Assembly: GCA_018400015.1 (NCBI GenBank)
Contig: JAGYNB010000001.1
Location: 328,321 to 392,320, forward strand
DNA from: Candidatus Omnitrophota bacterium
GTDB taxonomy: Bacteria; Omnitrophota; Gorgyraeia; Gygaellales; Gygaellaceae
Direction: 5' to 3'
Length of the DNA: 64,000 nucleotides
Of the stretch, positions 8,907 to 19,218 are shown piece by piece. The notes under the pieces were generated by a model, which was not told where the DNA came from, did no database searches, and was given only the letters and a program-made list of their open reading frames with translations. A program made the position numbers and the translations under genes. Position 1 is the first letter of the stretch. The number at the start of each line of letters is the position of its first letter.

Positions 8907-9974
8907 ATGGAAAACCAAGGCAAAATATTAGTTGTTGATGACGAGGAAGTTATAAGAAGTCTTTTAAAAGACGCTCTTACAGACTTAGGATATGAGGTCA
9001 CTACCTGTCCTAACGGTCAAAGCGGTATAAAAGAGGGGACATCAAATAGTTTTGATACGGTCATAACCGATATTCGACTTCCTGATATCGACGGGATACA
9101 CCTGTTGGGTGAAATAAAAAAAGCAGACCCCGAAGCTGTAGTTATTGTAGTTACCGGGTATCCGTCTTTTGACAGCGTTCGCGATGCCTTAAAGTTAGGT
9201 GCTCACGATTATCTTACCAAGCCTTTTAATATCGATGAGATTACTTTTACCATAAAAAAAGCCGTGCTTTTCCGTCAGACTTTAAAAAGGAACAAAGAAT
9301 TGGTTGAAGAGCTTGAAAGAAAAAACATGCTTTTAGAGCAGCAGAATGCGATACTTGAGGTAAGGGTAAAGGAACGTACTGCAAATCTGCAGAAGCTCTA
9401 TAGCGACTTAAGAAAAACATATATAGATACGATTAAGGCTTTTGCCGACGCCTTAGACGCTAAGGATCATTATACGAGAAGTCACTCTGAAAATGTTACC
9501 CGTATTGCAGTAAAGATTGCAGAACAGCTGGGTCTATCTTCCAATGAGATAGAAGATATAAGAGAAGCAGCACAATTGCACGATTTGGGAAAAATCGGAA
9601 TTGATGATGTGGTTTTAAGAAAGCCGGGTAAGCTCAACGATGAAGAGTGGGAGAAGATAAAAAGCCATCCCTTAAAAGGTGCTCAGATTTTGGAGCATTT
9701 AGGGTATTTAAAGAACATAACCGAGATTATAAAACAGCATCATGAAAAATATGACGGAACGGGTTATCCAGTTGGCTTAAAAGGGACAGAAATCAAACTT
9801 GGGGCAAGGATTGTTTCTTTGGCTGATTCTTTCGAGGCGATGACATCAGAGAGACCATACAGAAAAACTCCTTTAAAAAAAGAAGAAGCAATCAATGAAA
9901 TAAAGAAGAATTCCGGCACCCAATTCGACCCGATGATTGTTGAAACCTTCCTTAAGATAGTAGATAAATTTTAA
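8907..9974 (+). CDS. Response regulator with HD-GYP phosphodiesterase domain
   Basis: REC domain (VVDDE, TDIRLP, KPF), coiled coil, HDLGKIG and HHEKYDGTGYP. Confidence 0.92.
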   Translation: MENQGKILVVDDEEVIRSLLKDALTDLGYEVTTCPNGQSGIKEGTSNSFDTVITDIRLPDIDGIHLLGEIKKADPEAVVIVVTGYPSFDSVRDALKLGAHDYLTKPFNIDEITFTIKKAVLFRQTLKRNKELVEELERKNMLLEQQNAILEVRVKERTANLQKLYSDLRKTYIDTIKAFADALDAKDHYTRSHSENVTRIAVKIAEQLGLSSNEIEDIREAAQLHDLGKIGIDDVVLRKPGKLNDEEWEKIKSHPLKGAQILEHLGYLKNITEIIKQHHEKYDGTGYPVGLKGTEIKLGARIVSLADSFEAMTSERPYRKTPLKKEEAINEIKKNSGTQFDPMIVETFLKIVDKF

Positions 9975-9995
9975 CAGATAAAACCCTCTATTTAC

Positions 9996-10964
9996 GTGCG
10001 TAACAATATTTTATTTATTACTCTCAGTAATATCGGAGACGCAATGCTTGCTCTTCCTGTGTTGGATATTTTAAAAGATAAATATCCTGACTCTAGAATT
10101 ACAGTCTTGGCAAGTGAACGTTCAGAAGTTATTTTTAATAATGATCCTTCATTAGAGAGAGTTATAATATACAATAAAGCCTGTTCGTTAGCTGAAAAGT
10201 TCAAGCTTATAAAAGATTTAAGAAAAGATTATTTTGACTTAATTGTTGATTTGCGTAACAGCGCATTCCCAATTTTGTTGCGTGCTAAAAGAAAAACCAC
10301 TCCCTTAGATCATATTTTAAAAAAGAATAGACATATAACTAATTGGCATATTGCTAAATTGCGCAGGATTATCAAAGAGATTAATTTTAATGCCAAAAGG
10401 CAAAGTTTTTATGTCGATAAAGATTCAAGCAGGTTTATTATGGATAAGTTACAAGAGTTAGGGATAAAAGATGGTTCATTTGTAGCTTTGGCTGTAGGTG
10501 CGAGAAGTTATTTAAAATGCTGGGATAAAGATAAATTCTTGGTTTTATGCAGGAGGATTATTGAAGAACTTAATTTAGATCTGGTTTTAATAGGCGATGC
10601 TAAAGATAAGCCTGTTTGCGATTATATTCAGGGTAGTTTAAAAAGAAAAGTTTTTAATTTAACTGGCCAGACCACGTTAAAACAACTTGCTGCTCTTTTA
10701 TTAAAATCAAAATTACTTATTGCTAATGATAGCGGTATTATTCATTTGGCGAGTTATTTGAATGTACCTATTTTAGGTCTATACGGGCCCACGGACTACA
10801 AAAAATACGGCCCTTGGTCTGTAACAAATATTGTTGCAAGAATAAATTTGGACTGTGCACCTTGTGAAAAGGCCCATTGCAGATTTGACGAAGTTAAATG
10901 TTTAACCAGGTTGGACAGCGATTTCGTATTTGGTAAACTTAATAATTTAATTAATGAATTATAA
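9996..10964 (+). CDS. Glycosyltransferase family 9 (heptosyltransferase-like)
   Basis: SNIGDAML, NDSGIIHLA, LYGPT. Confidence 0.9.
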   Translation: MRNNILFITLSNIGDAMLALPVLDILKDKYPDSRITVLASERSEVIFNNDPSLERVIIYNKACSLAEKFKLIKDLRKDYFDLIVDLRNSAFPILLRAKRKTTPLDHILKKNRHITNWHIAKLRRIIKEINFNAKRQSFYVDKDSSRFIMDKLQELGIKDGSFVALAVGARSYLKCWDKDKFLVLCRRIIEELNLDLVLIGDAKDKPVCDYIQGSLKRKVFNLTGQTTLKQLAALLLKSKLLIANDSGIIHLASYLNVPILGLYGPTDYKKYGPWSVTNIVARINLDCAPCEKAHCRFDEVKCLTRLDSDFVFGKLNNLINEL

Positions 10965-11988
10965 ACGTATTCTGGTTATAAGAACAGATAGGATCGGAGA
11001 TGTGGTTATATCTACCGCGGTTATAAAAAACCTAAGAGAAGTTTTTCCGGATAGTTTTATCGCAATGATGGTTACTGCTTATACACGAGGAGTCGTTAAG
11101 AATAATCCGTTTTTAAACGAAGTAATAATTTATGATAAACGCGGCAAACATAAAAGCTGGTTGGCAACTTTAAGGTTTGCCTTAGGCTTAAGAAAGAAAA
11201 AATTCGATTTGGCAATAATTTTTCATCCCACTAATAGGGCGCATTTAGTAAGTTTTCTTGCCGGGATTCCTAAAAGAGTCGGCTTTAACAGGAAAATGGG
11301 GTTTTTGCTTACGGATAGAATTAAAGACACAAAACATGAAGGAAAAAAACACGAGTTAGAGTATTGCCTGGATTTGTTAAGATATTTAGGAATAAAGATC
11401 GAATCAAAAGATACATTTGTGGGCTTAGATAAGGCCGCCCAAGAAAATGTAGACCGTTTATTAACAGAAAAGGGAATTGATAGTAGAGATAAATTCATTC
11501 TTGTTCATCCCGCAGCGAGCTGTCCTTCTAGAAGATGGCCGGTTGAGAGATTCAGCCAGCTTTGCGATAAACTAATTGATAAATACAATATTAAAATTGT
11601 TTTTATTGCTTCAAATGATCAAAAGCATATTTGTGCTGATGCGATTAAAGGCATGAAATCACCGGCTATTGATTTTTCCGGTAGATGCAATATTGAAGAG
11701 CTGTGTTGTTTGATAAATAGATCCAGTCTTTTTGTCTCTAATGATTCAGGGCCGGTACATATAGCAGCAAGTTTGAATGTTCCAGTGGTAGCGATTTTTT
11801 CCCGTAACCAGCCGGGATTATCTCCTATAAGGTGGGGGCCTTTAGGCAAAAGAAGTCGTGTTGTAAAAAAGGATGCAGGTTGTGCGATTTGCCTTGCCCA
11901 TGCGTGTAAAAATCATTTTAAATGCCTGGATTTGATTACAGTTGATGATCTCTTAAGCGTTATTGACGAATTAGGCAATTTATGCTAA
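10954..11988 (+). CDS. Glycosyltransferase family 9, LPS heptosyltransferase II-like
   Basis: RTDRIGDVV, RRWPVERF, NDSGPVHIAA. Confidence 0.9.
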   Translation: MNYKRILVIRTDRIGDVVISTAVIKNLREVFPDSFIAMMVTAYTRGVVKNNPFLNEVIIYDKRGKHKSWLATLRFALGLRKKKFDLAIIFHPTNRAHLVSFLAGIPKRVGFNRKMGFLLTDRIKDTKHEGKKHELEYCLDLLRYLGIKIESKDTFVGLDKAAQENVDRLLTEKGIDSRDKFILVHPAASCPSRRWPVERFSQLCDKLIDKYNIKIVFIASNDQKHICADAIKGMKSPAIDFSGRCNIEELCCLINRSSLFVSNDSGPVHIAASLNVPVVAIFSRNQPGLSPIRWGPLGKRSRVVKKDAGCAICLAHACKNHFKCLDLITVDDLLSVIDELGNLC

Positions 11989-12007
11989 TATTACCCTTTC
12001 AGAAAAC

Positions 12008-13033
12008 ATGAATAAAACAAGATTAAAATCAATAGTTTCGCGGTTTTCAAAAGCAAGAATACTGGTCGTAGGAGATGTTATTCTCGATGAGTATATCTGG
12101 GGTCATGTTACCCGGATTTCTCCAGAGGCACCTGTACCGGTTGTGCATGCTTACAGACGTTCCTTTATGCCCGGAGGTGCTGCCAATGTTTCCTATAATA
12201 TAAATACTTTGGGCGGGAAGTCTTCTATTGTCGGAGTTGTAGGGCAAGATAAGAATAAAGATATTTTGGTTCATCAGCTTAAAGCAAGGCATATTGATAC
12301 CAAAGGAATATTGTCCGATAGCAAGCGACATACCACTTTAAAAAGCCGTATAATAGCAAAACATCAGCAGGTGGTAAGGGTTGATTGGGAAAATGTCGAT
12401 ATAGTCTCATCTAGCGTGACTGCCAGGATAATGAGTTTTGTTGAAAAGAATATAAGCAAGTTTGACGCTGTTATAATCGAAGATTACGGTAAGGGTGTTA
12501 TCAGCGAAAGACTATTGTCAGATTTAATTCCTTTTGTGCGTTCTAAAGGTAAGATTATTACTGTTGATCCCAAAGAAGAACATTTTAAGCTTTACAAAAA
12601 TGTTTCCGGTATTACGCCTAATTTAAGCGAAGCGGAAAATGCAATCAGGAATTTAAAGATTAAAGATACAGAAAATAAATTTAATATAGATTCCGACAAG
12701 ATATTCAATCTTAATGATCTGAATTCAGCTGCAAAGAAGATCATAAATTATTTGGGTTTAGATTCTCTGCTTGTTACTTTAGGTGAAAATGGTATGAGGC
12801 TTTTTGAAAAAAATGGAAAGAAGACTCATATTCCAACATTCGCTCAGGAAGTTTTTGATGTTTCAGGTGCCGGAGATACGGTCATATCTGCGTTTACGCT
12901 TTCTTTAGCCTGTGGCGCAAGTTTTTCAGATGCTGCCAAAATCGCTAATATTACTGCTGGGATTGTTGTGGGTAAGGTAGGGACCGCAGAGGTTACTAAA
13001 CAAGAGTTGTTTAAGAAAATCAGGGATTTATAA
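12008..13033 (+). CDS. rfaE1: D-glycero-beta-D-manno-heptose-7-phosphate kinase (stand-alone HldE kinase domain)
   Basis: RISPEAPVPVV, GGAANV, DYGKG, DVSGAGDT (PfkB family). Confidence 0.92.
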   Translation: MNKTRLKSIVSRFSKARILVVGDVILDEYIWGHVTRISPEAPVPVVHAYRRSFMPGGAANVSYNINTLGGKSSIVGVVGQDKNKDILVHQLKARHIDTKGILSDSKRHTTLKSRIIAKHQQVVRVDWENVDIVSSSVTARIMSFVEKNISKFDAVIIEDYGKGVISERLLSDLIPFVRSKGKIITVDPKEEHFKLYKNVSGITPNLSEAENAIRNLKIKDTENKFNIDSDKIFNLNDLNSAAKKIINYLGLDSLLVTLGENGMRLFEKNGKKTHIPTFAQEVFDVSGAGDTVISAFTLSLACGASFSDAAKIANITAGIVVGKVGTAEVTKQELFKKIRDL

Positions 13034-13034
13034 T

Positions 13035-13787
13035 ATGGATGTTATCGGCGTAATTCCGGCAAGATACGGTTCAACGAGGTTTGAAGGAAAAATTTTAGCC
13101 AATATCATGGGTAAACCCATGATTCAGCACGTATGGGAAAGGGCAAAGCAAGCTACAAGTTTGGATGATTTGATTATTGCTTGTGATAATCAACTTGTGT
13201 TTGAAGTAGCTAAGGCATTTGGCGCAAATGTTGTTTTTACAGCCAAGGCGCATACTTGCGGAACAGACAGGATTGCCGAGGTGGTAAATCCTTTGGATGT
13301 TAAAGTAATCGTCAATATTCAGGCTGATGAGCCGTTATTGGAGCCGGCGTTAATAGATCAGTTAGTCTTAAGTATTCTTGAAGATAAAGACGTATACATA
13401 TCAACTCTTGCTAAACGAATTAACAATTTCGACGAATTTATCGATAAAAATATAGTAAAGGTTGTTTTGGACAAGGATAATTTTGCTTTGTATTTTTCCA
13501 GATCGCCTATTCCATATTTGAGCGAAGATATTGATATCAGCAGAACAACAATTTATAAACATCTCGGTCTTTATGCATACACTAAGGAATTTTTATTTAC
13601 ATTTAAGAATCTCGCTGTATCGGGTCTGGAGAAGTCCGAACGCCTTGAACAATTACGTGTTCTAGAAAACGGTTTTCGCATAAAAGTTATTGAAACTTCT
13701 CTTGAAACAATCGGGGTGGACACTCAAGAAGATTTAGATAAGGTAAAACAAATTTTACAAAGAAAAACTAATGGTTACAGTTCGTAA
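13035..13787 (+). CDS. kdsB: 3-deoxy-manno-octulosonate cytidylyltransferase
   Basis: IPARYGSTRFEGK, GTDR, YFSRSPIP, LEQLRVLE. Confidence 0.96.
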   Translation: MDVIGVIPARYGSTRFEGKILANIMGKPMIQHVWERAKQATSLDDLIIACDNQLVFEVAKAFGANVVFTAKAHTCGTDRIAEVVNPLDVKVIVNIQADEPLLEPALIDQLVLSILEDKDVYISTLAKRINNFDEFIDKNIVKVVLDKDNFALYFSRSPIPYLSEDIDISRTTIYKHLGLYAYTKEFLFTFKNLAVSGLEKSERLEQLRVLENGFRIKVIETSLETIGVDTQEDLDKVKQILQRKTNGYSS

Positions 13788-14580
13788 CATTAAGATTGGT
13801 TCTGGAAAAGGACTGGTTTTTATTGCCGGTCCATGTGTTATTGAGTCGGAGAATCTTACCCTTAAGATAGCCGATAGACTTAAAAAGCTAAGCCTAAAGC
13901 TGAAAGTTCCGATAATATTTAAAAGTAGTTTCGATAAGGCAAACAGGATGTCTTTGGATTCCTATAGGGGGCCGGGGCTTAAAAAAGGTTTGAGTATTTT
14001 AAGAAAAGTAAAACAAGAAACAGGTCTTGTTATATTAAGTGATATACATTGTGTTTCTCAAGTTGATGCCGCTTCGGAGGTTTTGGATATAATTCAGATT
14101 CCGGCATTTTTGTGCCGTCAGACTGATCTTGTGGTTGAAGTTGCAAAAACTAAAAAGGCAGTTAATTTAAAAAAAGGGCAGTTTATGGCTCCTAGAGATT
14201 TAGGCCCGATCATTAATAAAATTGTATCTCAAGGCAATAAAAATATAATTCTTACTGAAAGAGGGGTAAGTTTTGGTTATAACAATTTGGTAACTGATAT
14301 GCGTTCTTTAGCTATTATGCGCGGGTTTGGTTATCCGGTTATTTTTGATGCTACTCATAGTGTTCAGGTTCCTGGCGGTAAGGGAACTTGTTCTGGCGGA
14401 CAAAATGAGTTTATTGAACCTCTTGCGCGTGCAGCAGTCGGTTTTGGTTGCGATGGAGTGTTTTTGGAAGTTCATCCAAACCCAGGCAAAGCGCTTTGCG
14501 ACGGGGCTAATTCTTTAAAGTTACAAAGGCTGGAAAATTTATTAAAGGATTTGATTAAGATTGATAAGGTTTTAAAATGA
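13771..14580 (+). CDS. kdsA: Kdo-8-phosphate synthase
   Basis: AGPCVIES, SFDKANR, PAFLCRQTD, KKGQF, DATHSVQ. Confidence 0.97.
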   Translation: MVTVRNIKIGSGKGLVFIAGPCVIESENLTLKIADRLKKLSLKLKVPIIFKSSFDKANRMSLDSYRGPGLKKGLSILRKVKQETGLVILSDIHCVSQVDAASEVLDIIQIPAFLCRQTDLVVEVAKTKKAVNLKKGQFMAPRDLGPIINKIVSQGNKNIILTERGVSFGYNNLVTDMRSLAIMRGFGYPVIFDATHSVQVPGGKGTCSGGQNEFIEPLARAAVGFGCDGVFLEVHPNPGKALCDGANSLKLQRLENLLKDLIKIDKVLK

Positions 14581-15536
14581 GCATAAAAAGAGCAAAAGAG
14601 GTTTTAAAGATAGAAGCTGATTCGATCAAAGATCTTATTGGAAAACTGGATAAAGATTTTTTAAAGGCAGTTGGTTTTATTGAAAGTTGTAAAGGTCGCG
14701 TGGTAATAACCGGTGTTGGAAAAGGCGGTCTTATAGGCCAGAAGATTTCGGCAACTCTGTCTTCTTTGGGGACGCCCAGTTTATGGCTGCATTCAACAGA
14801 GGCTATACACGGAGATTTGGGTCGCGTAACTCAAGATGATGTCGTTGTGGTAATGTCCAACAGCGGTGAAACTCAGGAAGTAAAACAGCTGTTGCCTATA
14901 TTGAAGAAACTTGGTTCAAATATAATCGCGATCACGGGAAATAAAAAATCATCCTTAGCAAAACATGCAGATTGCGTTTTGGATTCTTCGGTAAAAAAAG
15001 AGGCCTGTTCTTTGGGGTTAGCTCCTACATCGTCAACAACAGCAATGCTGGCTTTGGGTGACGCCTTGGCGGTTTGTGTTTTAGATAGAAAAGGTTTTAA
15101 AAAAGAGGATTTTGCATTTTTACATCCCGGCGGTAATTTAGGTAAAAGGCTTTTGCTTAAAGTCGAAGATATAATGCGTAAAGGCAAAAACAACCCGATA
15201 GTAAAACAGGTTCAGACTGTAAAAGAGGCTCTTTATGCGATTACAGAAGCTCGAGCAGGCGCTGCCTGTGTAGTTGACACAAAAGGCAAACTCGTAGGTA
15301 TTTTCACCGATGGCGACTTAAGAAGGCATCTTGAGATAGACGATAACCTGTCAAATAAGAAAATCAGTTTTGTGATGACGAAGAATCCAACTACGATAAC
15401 CGGCGATAAGCTTGCCAGTGAAGCGTTGAGTGTTTTAAGAAGAAAGAAAATTGATGAAATACCTGTCGTGGATAAAAATAATAAACCCGTGGGCGTCGTG
15501 GATATTCAGGATATTTTAAGTGCAGGGCTCGTGTAG
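14577..15536 (+). CDS. kdsD: Arabinose-5-phosphate isomerase (SIS domain plus CBS pair)
   Basis: HGDLG, SNSGET, LAPTSSTTA, HPGG, C-terminal CBS pair. Confidence 0.95.
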   Translation: MSIKRAKEVLKIEADSIKDLIGKLDKDFLKAVGFIESCKGRVVITGVGKGGLIGQKISATLSSLGTPSLWLHSTEAIHGDLGRVTQDDVVVVMSNSGETQEVKQLLPILKKLGSNIIAITGNKKSSLAKHADCVLDSSVKKEACSLGLAPTSSTTAMLALGDALAVCVLDRKGFKKEDFAFLHPGGNLGKRLLLKVEDIMRKGKNNPIVKQVQTVKEALYAITEARAGAACVVDTKGKLVGIFTDGDLRRHLEIDDNLSNKKISFVMTKNPTTITGDKLASEALSVLRRKKIDEIPVVDKNNKPVGVVDIQDILSAGLV

Positions 15537-15539
15537 ATT

Positions 15540-16058
15540 ATGGACATGGAAGAAAGACTAAAAAAAATAAAATTACTGCTTTTAGATGTTGATGGTGTTT
15601 TGACTGACGGCAGAATTATATATGATAGTTCTGGAAAAGAGCTGAAGCTTTTTAACGTGCATGATGGAATGGGCGTACATTTACTTCATAAGCAGAATAT
15701 TCCTACGATTATAATTACTGCTAAAGCTTCCCGTGCGATAAAGCCGCGCGCTAAAGATATGTCTGTAGAGAAAGTTTATGATAATCTTATGCCTAAATCC
15801 CGAGTCTTTGACAAGATCCGTACAGAATATGGCATCGAGGCAAATGAAGTTTGTTTTATTGCAGATGATTTAGTTGATATCTCAGCAATGAAATTAGCCG
15901 GTTTTGCAGTTGCTGTAAATAATGCCTGCGAGCAGGTAAAGCAGATTGCGCATTACGTTACTAAGCTTTCCGGCGGCAAAGGTGCGGTAAGAGAAGTAAG
16001 CGAGCTTATCCTTAAATCTCAGAATAAATGGGATGAGGCACTCAAGGATTATGTATAA
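15540..16058 (+). CDS. kdsC: Kdo-8-phosphate phosphatase
   Basis: HAD motif DVDGVLTDG, GGKGAVRE. Confidence 0.93.
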   Translation: MDMEERLKKIKLLLLDVDGVLTDGRIIYDSSGKELKLFNVHDGMGVHLLHKQNIPTIIITAKASRAIKPRAKDMSVEKVYDNLMPKSRVFDKIRTEYGIEANEVCFIADDLVDISAMKLAGFAVAVNNACEQVKQIAHYVTKLSGGKGAVREVSELILKSQNKWDEALKDYV

Positions 16059-16932
16059 AAAAATAATCTTCAATTTAACTCTATTATTATTTGTTCTTTG
16101 CTTCGCTTGTATTGCTGAAAGTGAGACTGAGAGTGATCAGCAGATAACTGATTTTAATCTTTCCGGTTATTCTCAACAGGGCAAAAGAACCTGGGACGTT
16201 AAAGGCAAAACTGCGGATTTTCTCGACGAAATGGTAAATCTTTCTGATATTGATGCCAATTCTTATAAGGATACAGAAACAATAAATTTGATTGCTGACA
16301 AGGGAGTGTTTGATAAAAGCGAAGGCAAACTGCATTTGCAGGATAATGTTGTTATCACCACCGATTCAGGTGCAAAGTTAATTACTGATTCTCTTGATTG
16401 GAGTCAGAGTGAAGATGAGATCAATACAGAAGACAAGGTTAATATTGAGCATCCTGCTTTTAATGCTGACGGTAAGGGTTTAAAGGCACATCCAAGTCTT
16501 GATAAAGCCTCTCTTTTAAAAGATGTAGAAGTCACCCTTAAGGAAGAAGATGATATAAAACTAAAAACAGTCGAGGATGGCTCTGACGAGCGTACAGTCA
16601 TTACTTGTGATGGCCCATTGGAAGTTGATTACGAAAAAGGCATGGCTATTTTTTATGAAAATGTTAAAGCAAGCAACAAAGTCCAAGGCGATATTTACTG
16701 CGATGAGTTATTTACTTTTTTTAAGCCAGAGAATAAAGATGATCAAGCAGCTGACGACAGCTTGACCGGTAAAGGCGGGAAAATAGATAAGATCGTAGCT
16801 AAGGGCAATGTAAAGATAGTTAAGGGTGAAAATATCACCTTTAGCGATGAAGCGGTTTATGATGCGGTAGAAAAGAAAATAATTTTAACAGGAACTCCGA
16901 AATTATTTATTTATTCGGACGATATGGAGTAG
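16051..16932 (+). CDS. LPS export periplasmic protein, apparent LptC-LptA fusion
   Basis: N-terminal hydrophobic segment, LptC-like half and LptA/OstA-like half (IVAKGNVKI, AVYD, LTGTP); lies between kdsC and lptB; start taken at MYKK. Confidence 0.75.
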   Translation: MYKKIIFNLTLLLFVLCFACIAESETESDQQITDFNLSGYSQQGKRTWDVKGKTADFLDEMVNLSDIDANSYKDTETINLIADKGVFDKSEGKLHLQDNVVITTDSGAKLITDSLDWSQSEDEINTEDKVNIEHPAFNADGKGLKAHPSLDKASLLKDVEVTLKEEDDIKLKTVEDGSDERTVITCDGPLEVDYEKGMAIFYENVKASNKVQGDIYCDELFTFFKPENKDDQAADDSLTGKGGKIDKIVAKGNVKIVKGENITFSDEAVYDAVEKKIILTGTPKLFIYSDDME

Positions 16933-16935
16933 GAT

Positions 16936-17658
16936 ATGCATTTATTGGAAATAAAAGGTCTTACTAAATCTTATGACGGCAAAACTGTTGTGCGTCATGT
17001 TGATATGGTTGTACGCCGCGGGGAGATAGTTGGTCTTTTAGGGCCAAATGGCGCTGGTAAAACTACTACCTTTTATATGGTGGTTGGGGTTATTGCACCA
17101 AACAAGGGAAAGATTATTTTTGATAACCAGGATATTACCAGGCTTCCTATTCATCAACGTGCACGTTTTGGGATAGGATATCTAGCACAGGATTCGTCAG
17201 TTTTCAAACGCCTGACAGTAGAAGAAAATATCCTAGCGATATTAGAAACTATGCCTTTTACTGCCAAGGAGCGAAAGGCAAGACTTTATAGCTTATTGGA
17301 AGAGTTAAATATCGCACACTTAGCAAAACATAAGGCATTTACCTTGTCAGGTGGTGAAAGACGCCGTCTTGAAATCACTAGGGCATTAGCAACAAATCCT
17401 TCATTTATTCTTTTGGATGAACCTTTTTCAGGTATTGATCCGATAGTGGTAGCAGAAGCACAAAGCATAATCCAGGATTTAAGAAATAAAGGATTAGGGA
17501 TATTGTTGACCGACCATAACGTCAGAGAGACTTTAGCGATAACAGACAGAGCTTATTTAATAGCAGAAGGAAAGATTCTTATTTCAGGTGGCGCTCAGGA
17601 TTTGATTAAGGATCCCAAGGCAAGAGAGATATACCTGGGCGAAAAATTTAAAATGTAG
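16936..17658 (+). CDS. lptB: LPS export ABC transporter ATPase
   Basis: GPNGAGKTT, LSGGERRRLEI, DEPFSGIDP, TDHNVRETL. Confidence 0.96.
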   Translation: MHLLEIKGLTKSYDGKTVVRHVDMVVRRGEIVGLLGPNGAGKTTTFYMVVGVIAPNKGKIIFDNQDITRLPIHQRARFGIGYLAQDSSVFKRLTVEENILAILETMPFTAKERKARLYSLLEELNIAHLAKHKAFTLSGGERRRLEITRALATNPSFILLDEPFSGIDPIVVAEAQSIIQDLRNKGLGILLTDHNVRETLAITDRAYLIAEGKILISGGAQDLIKDPKAREIYLGEKFKM

Positions 17659-17675
17659 GAAGGATTGTCAGAGAC

Positions 17676-18569
17676 ATGCTAAAAACACAGATAATTAAAA
17701 CGGAAAATGATGTTACTCACTTTTCGGTTAACCTTACAGGTAAGCGTATAACCGATAAGATGGAAGAGACCTATAAACAAATTAGTAAAGAAGCTAAAAT
17801 CCCCGGATTTCGTCCTGGTAAGGCTCCGGAGGAACTGATTAAAAAACAGTATTCTAAGCTGGCCGAACAAGAAACTATTAAAATGTTGGTTCCTGATCTC
17901 TATGATGAGGCTGTAAAAAAAGACAACATCGAGCCTATCGATATGCCTAATATTAGCGATGTAAATTTAGAAGGTGAAACTTTATCGTTTAATGTCAAAG
18001 TAGAAGTAAAGCCGAAAATTGAGATTAAAAAGTATAAGGGGTTAGATATTAATCTTGAACCAATTGAGGTAACCAAAGAAGATATAGAAAAAGCGATGGA
18101 TACTTTAAAACAGCAAAAAGGAAAAGATATCCAGGTTAATGATAAATTCGCCAAGTCCTGTGGTTATTATTCACTTAACGATATGCACGAGTCTTTAAAT
18201 AAAGAAATTTATCTGCAAAAAGAGCATGAGCGCATACAAAAAATGAGGGTACAATTGGTAGATCAGCTTAAACAAAATTGTAACTTTAAATTGCCCGAGA
18301 AGCTTGTTCAGAGGCGTTTTCATGAGTTAGTTGAGAATACCAAAAAAGAACTGATGACCAGATACGGATTTACCGAGCAGCAGTTTCAGGAAAAAGAATC
18401 CGAATTCAAAGAGCGTCTTAAAAAAGATGCCGAAGATGATGTTTGGGTTTATCTTGTTTTTGAAGAGATAGCAAAAAAGGAAAATATTGCGATAGAGCAT
18501 AATTTTATTCAGAAAGTTTTTGATTTTCTTCTTACCAGCGCAGCTTGGAAAAAGATAGAAAAAAAGTAA
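17676..18569 (+). CDS. tig: Trigger factor, short form lacking the PPIase domain
   Basis: Ribosome-binding signature PGFRPGKAP; position upstream of clpP; only 297 aa. Confidence 0.88.
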   Translation: MLKTQIIKTENDVTHFSVNLTGKRITDKMEETYKQISKEAKIPGFRPGKAPEELIKKQYSKLAEQETIKMLVPDLYDEAVKKDNIEPIDMPNISDVNLEGETLSFNVKVEVKPKIEIKKYKGLDINLEPIEVTKEDIEKAMDTLKQQKGKDIQVNDKFAKSCGYYSLNDMHESLNKEIYLQKEHERIQKMRVQLVDQLKQNCNFKLPEKLVQRRFHELVENTKKELMTRYGFTEQQFQEKESEFKERLKKDAEDDVWVYLVFEEIAKKENIAIEHNFIQKVFDFLLTSAAWKKIEKK

Positions 18570-18612
18570 ATAAATAACAATTTTTTAAAAATTTACCCAT
18601 AAGGAGGAAATA

Positions 18613-19218
18613 ATGACTAGTAAAATGCAGTCACTTGTACCTATGGTCATTGAGCAGACTTCGCGAGGATACGAAAGGGCTTATGATATTTTTTCACGGC
18701 TGTTAAAAGACAGGATTATTTTTATTGGTACGCCTATTGATGATAATGTTGCAAATATCGTTATTGCCCAGATGTTGTTCTTGCAGATGGAAGACACAAA
18801 AAAGGAAATCAATATGTATATAAATTCTCCCGGTGGTTCGATTACCGCGGGACTTGCTATTTATGATACGATGCAGTTTGTTAAGCCTGACGTTTCCACT
18901 TATTGCGTAGGACAAGCTGCGAGTATGGGGGCCTTATTGTTGGCAGCCGGTAAAAAGGGTAAAAGATTTGCTTTACCGCACTCGCGAATTATGATTCATC
19001 AACCATGGGGTGGTGTACAAGGCCAAGCCGCGGATATTTCCATACAAACTAAAGAGATTTTACGTTTAAGAGACAAACTTAATCAGATTCTTGCTGGGCA
19101 TACTGAGAAAGATATAGAACAGATTAAAAAAGACACCGATAGGGATTATTTTATGTCAGCTGACGAGTCTAAAGATTACGGTATAATCGATTCAGTAATT
19201 AATAACAAAACAAAGTAG
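18613..19218 (+). CDS. clpP: ATP-dependent Clp protease proteolytic subunit
   Basis: [29 protein letters not shown]; SD AAGGAGG. Confidence 0.98.
   Translation: MTSKMQSLVPMVIEQTSRGYERAYDIFSRLLKDRIIFIGTPIDDNVANIVIAQMLFLQMEDTKKEINMYINSPGGSITAGLAIYDTMQFVKPDVSTYCVGQAASMGALLLAAGKKGKRFALPHSRIMIHQPWGGVQGQAADISIQTKEILRLRDKLNQILAGHTEKDIEQIKKDTDRDYFMSADESKDYGIIDSVINNKTK

Noticed and set aside
13771-13787. pyrG missing between kdsB and kdsA
   Set aside because: Simple gene-order variation; the genes overlap cleanly with no remnant, and pyrG may be elsewhere
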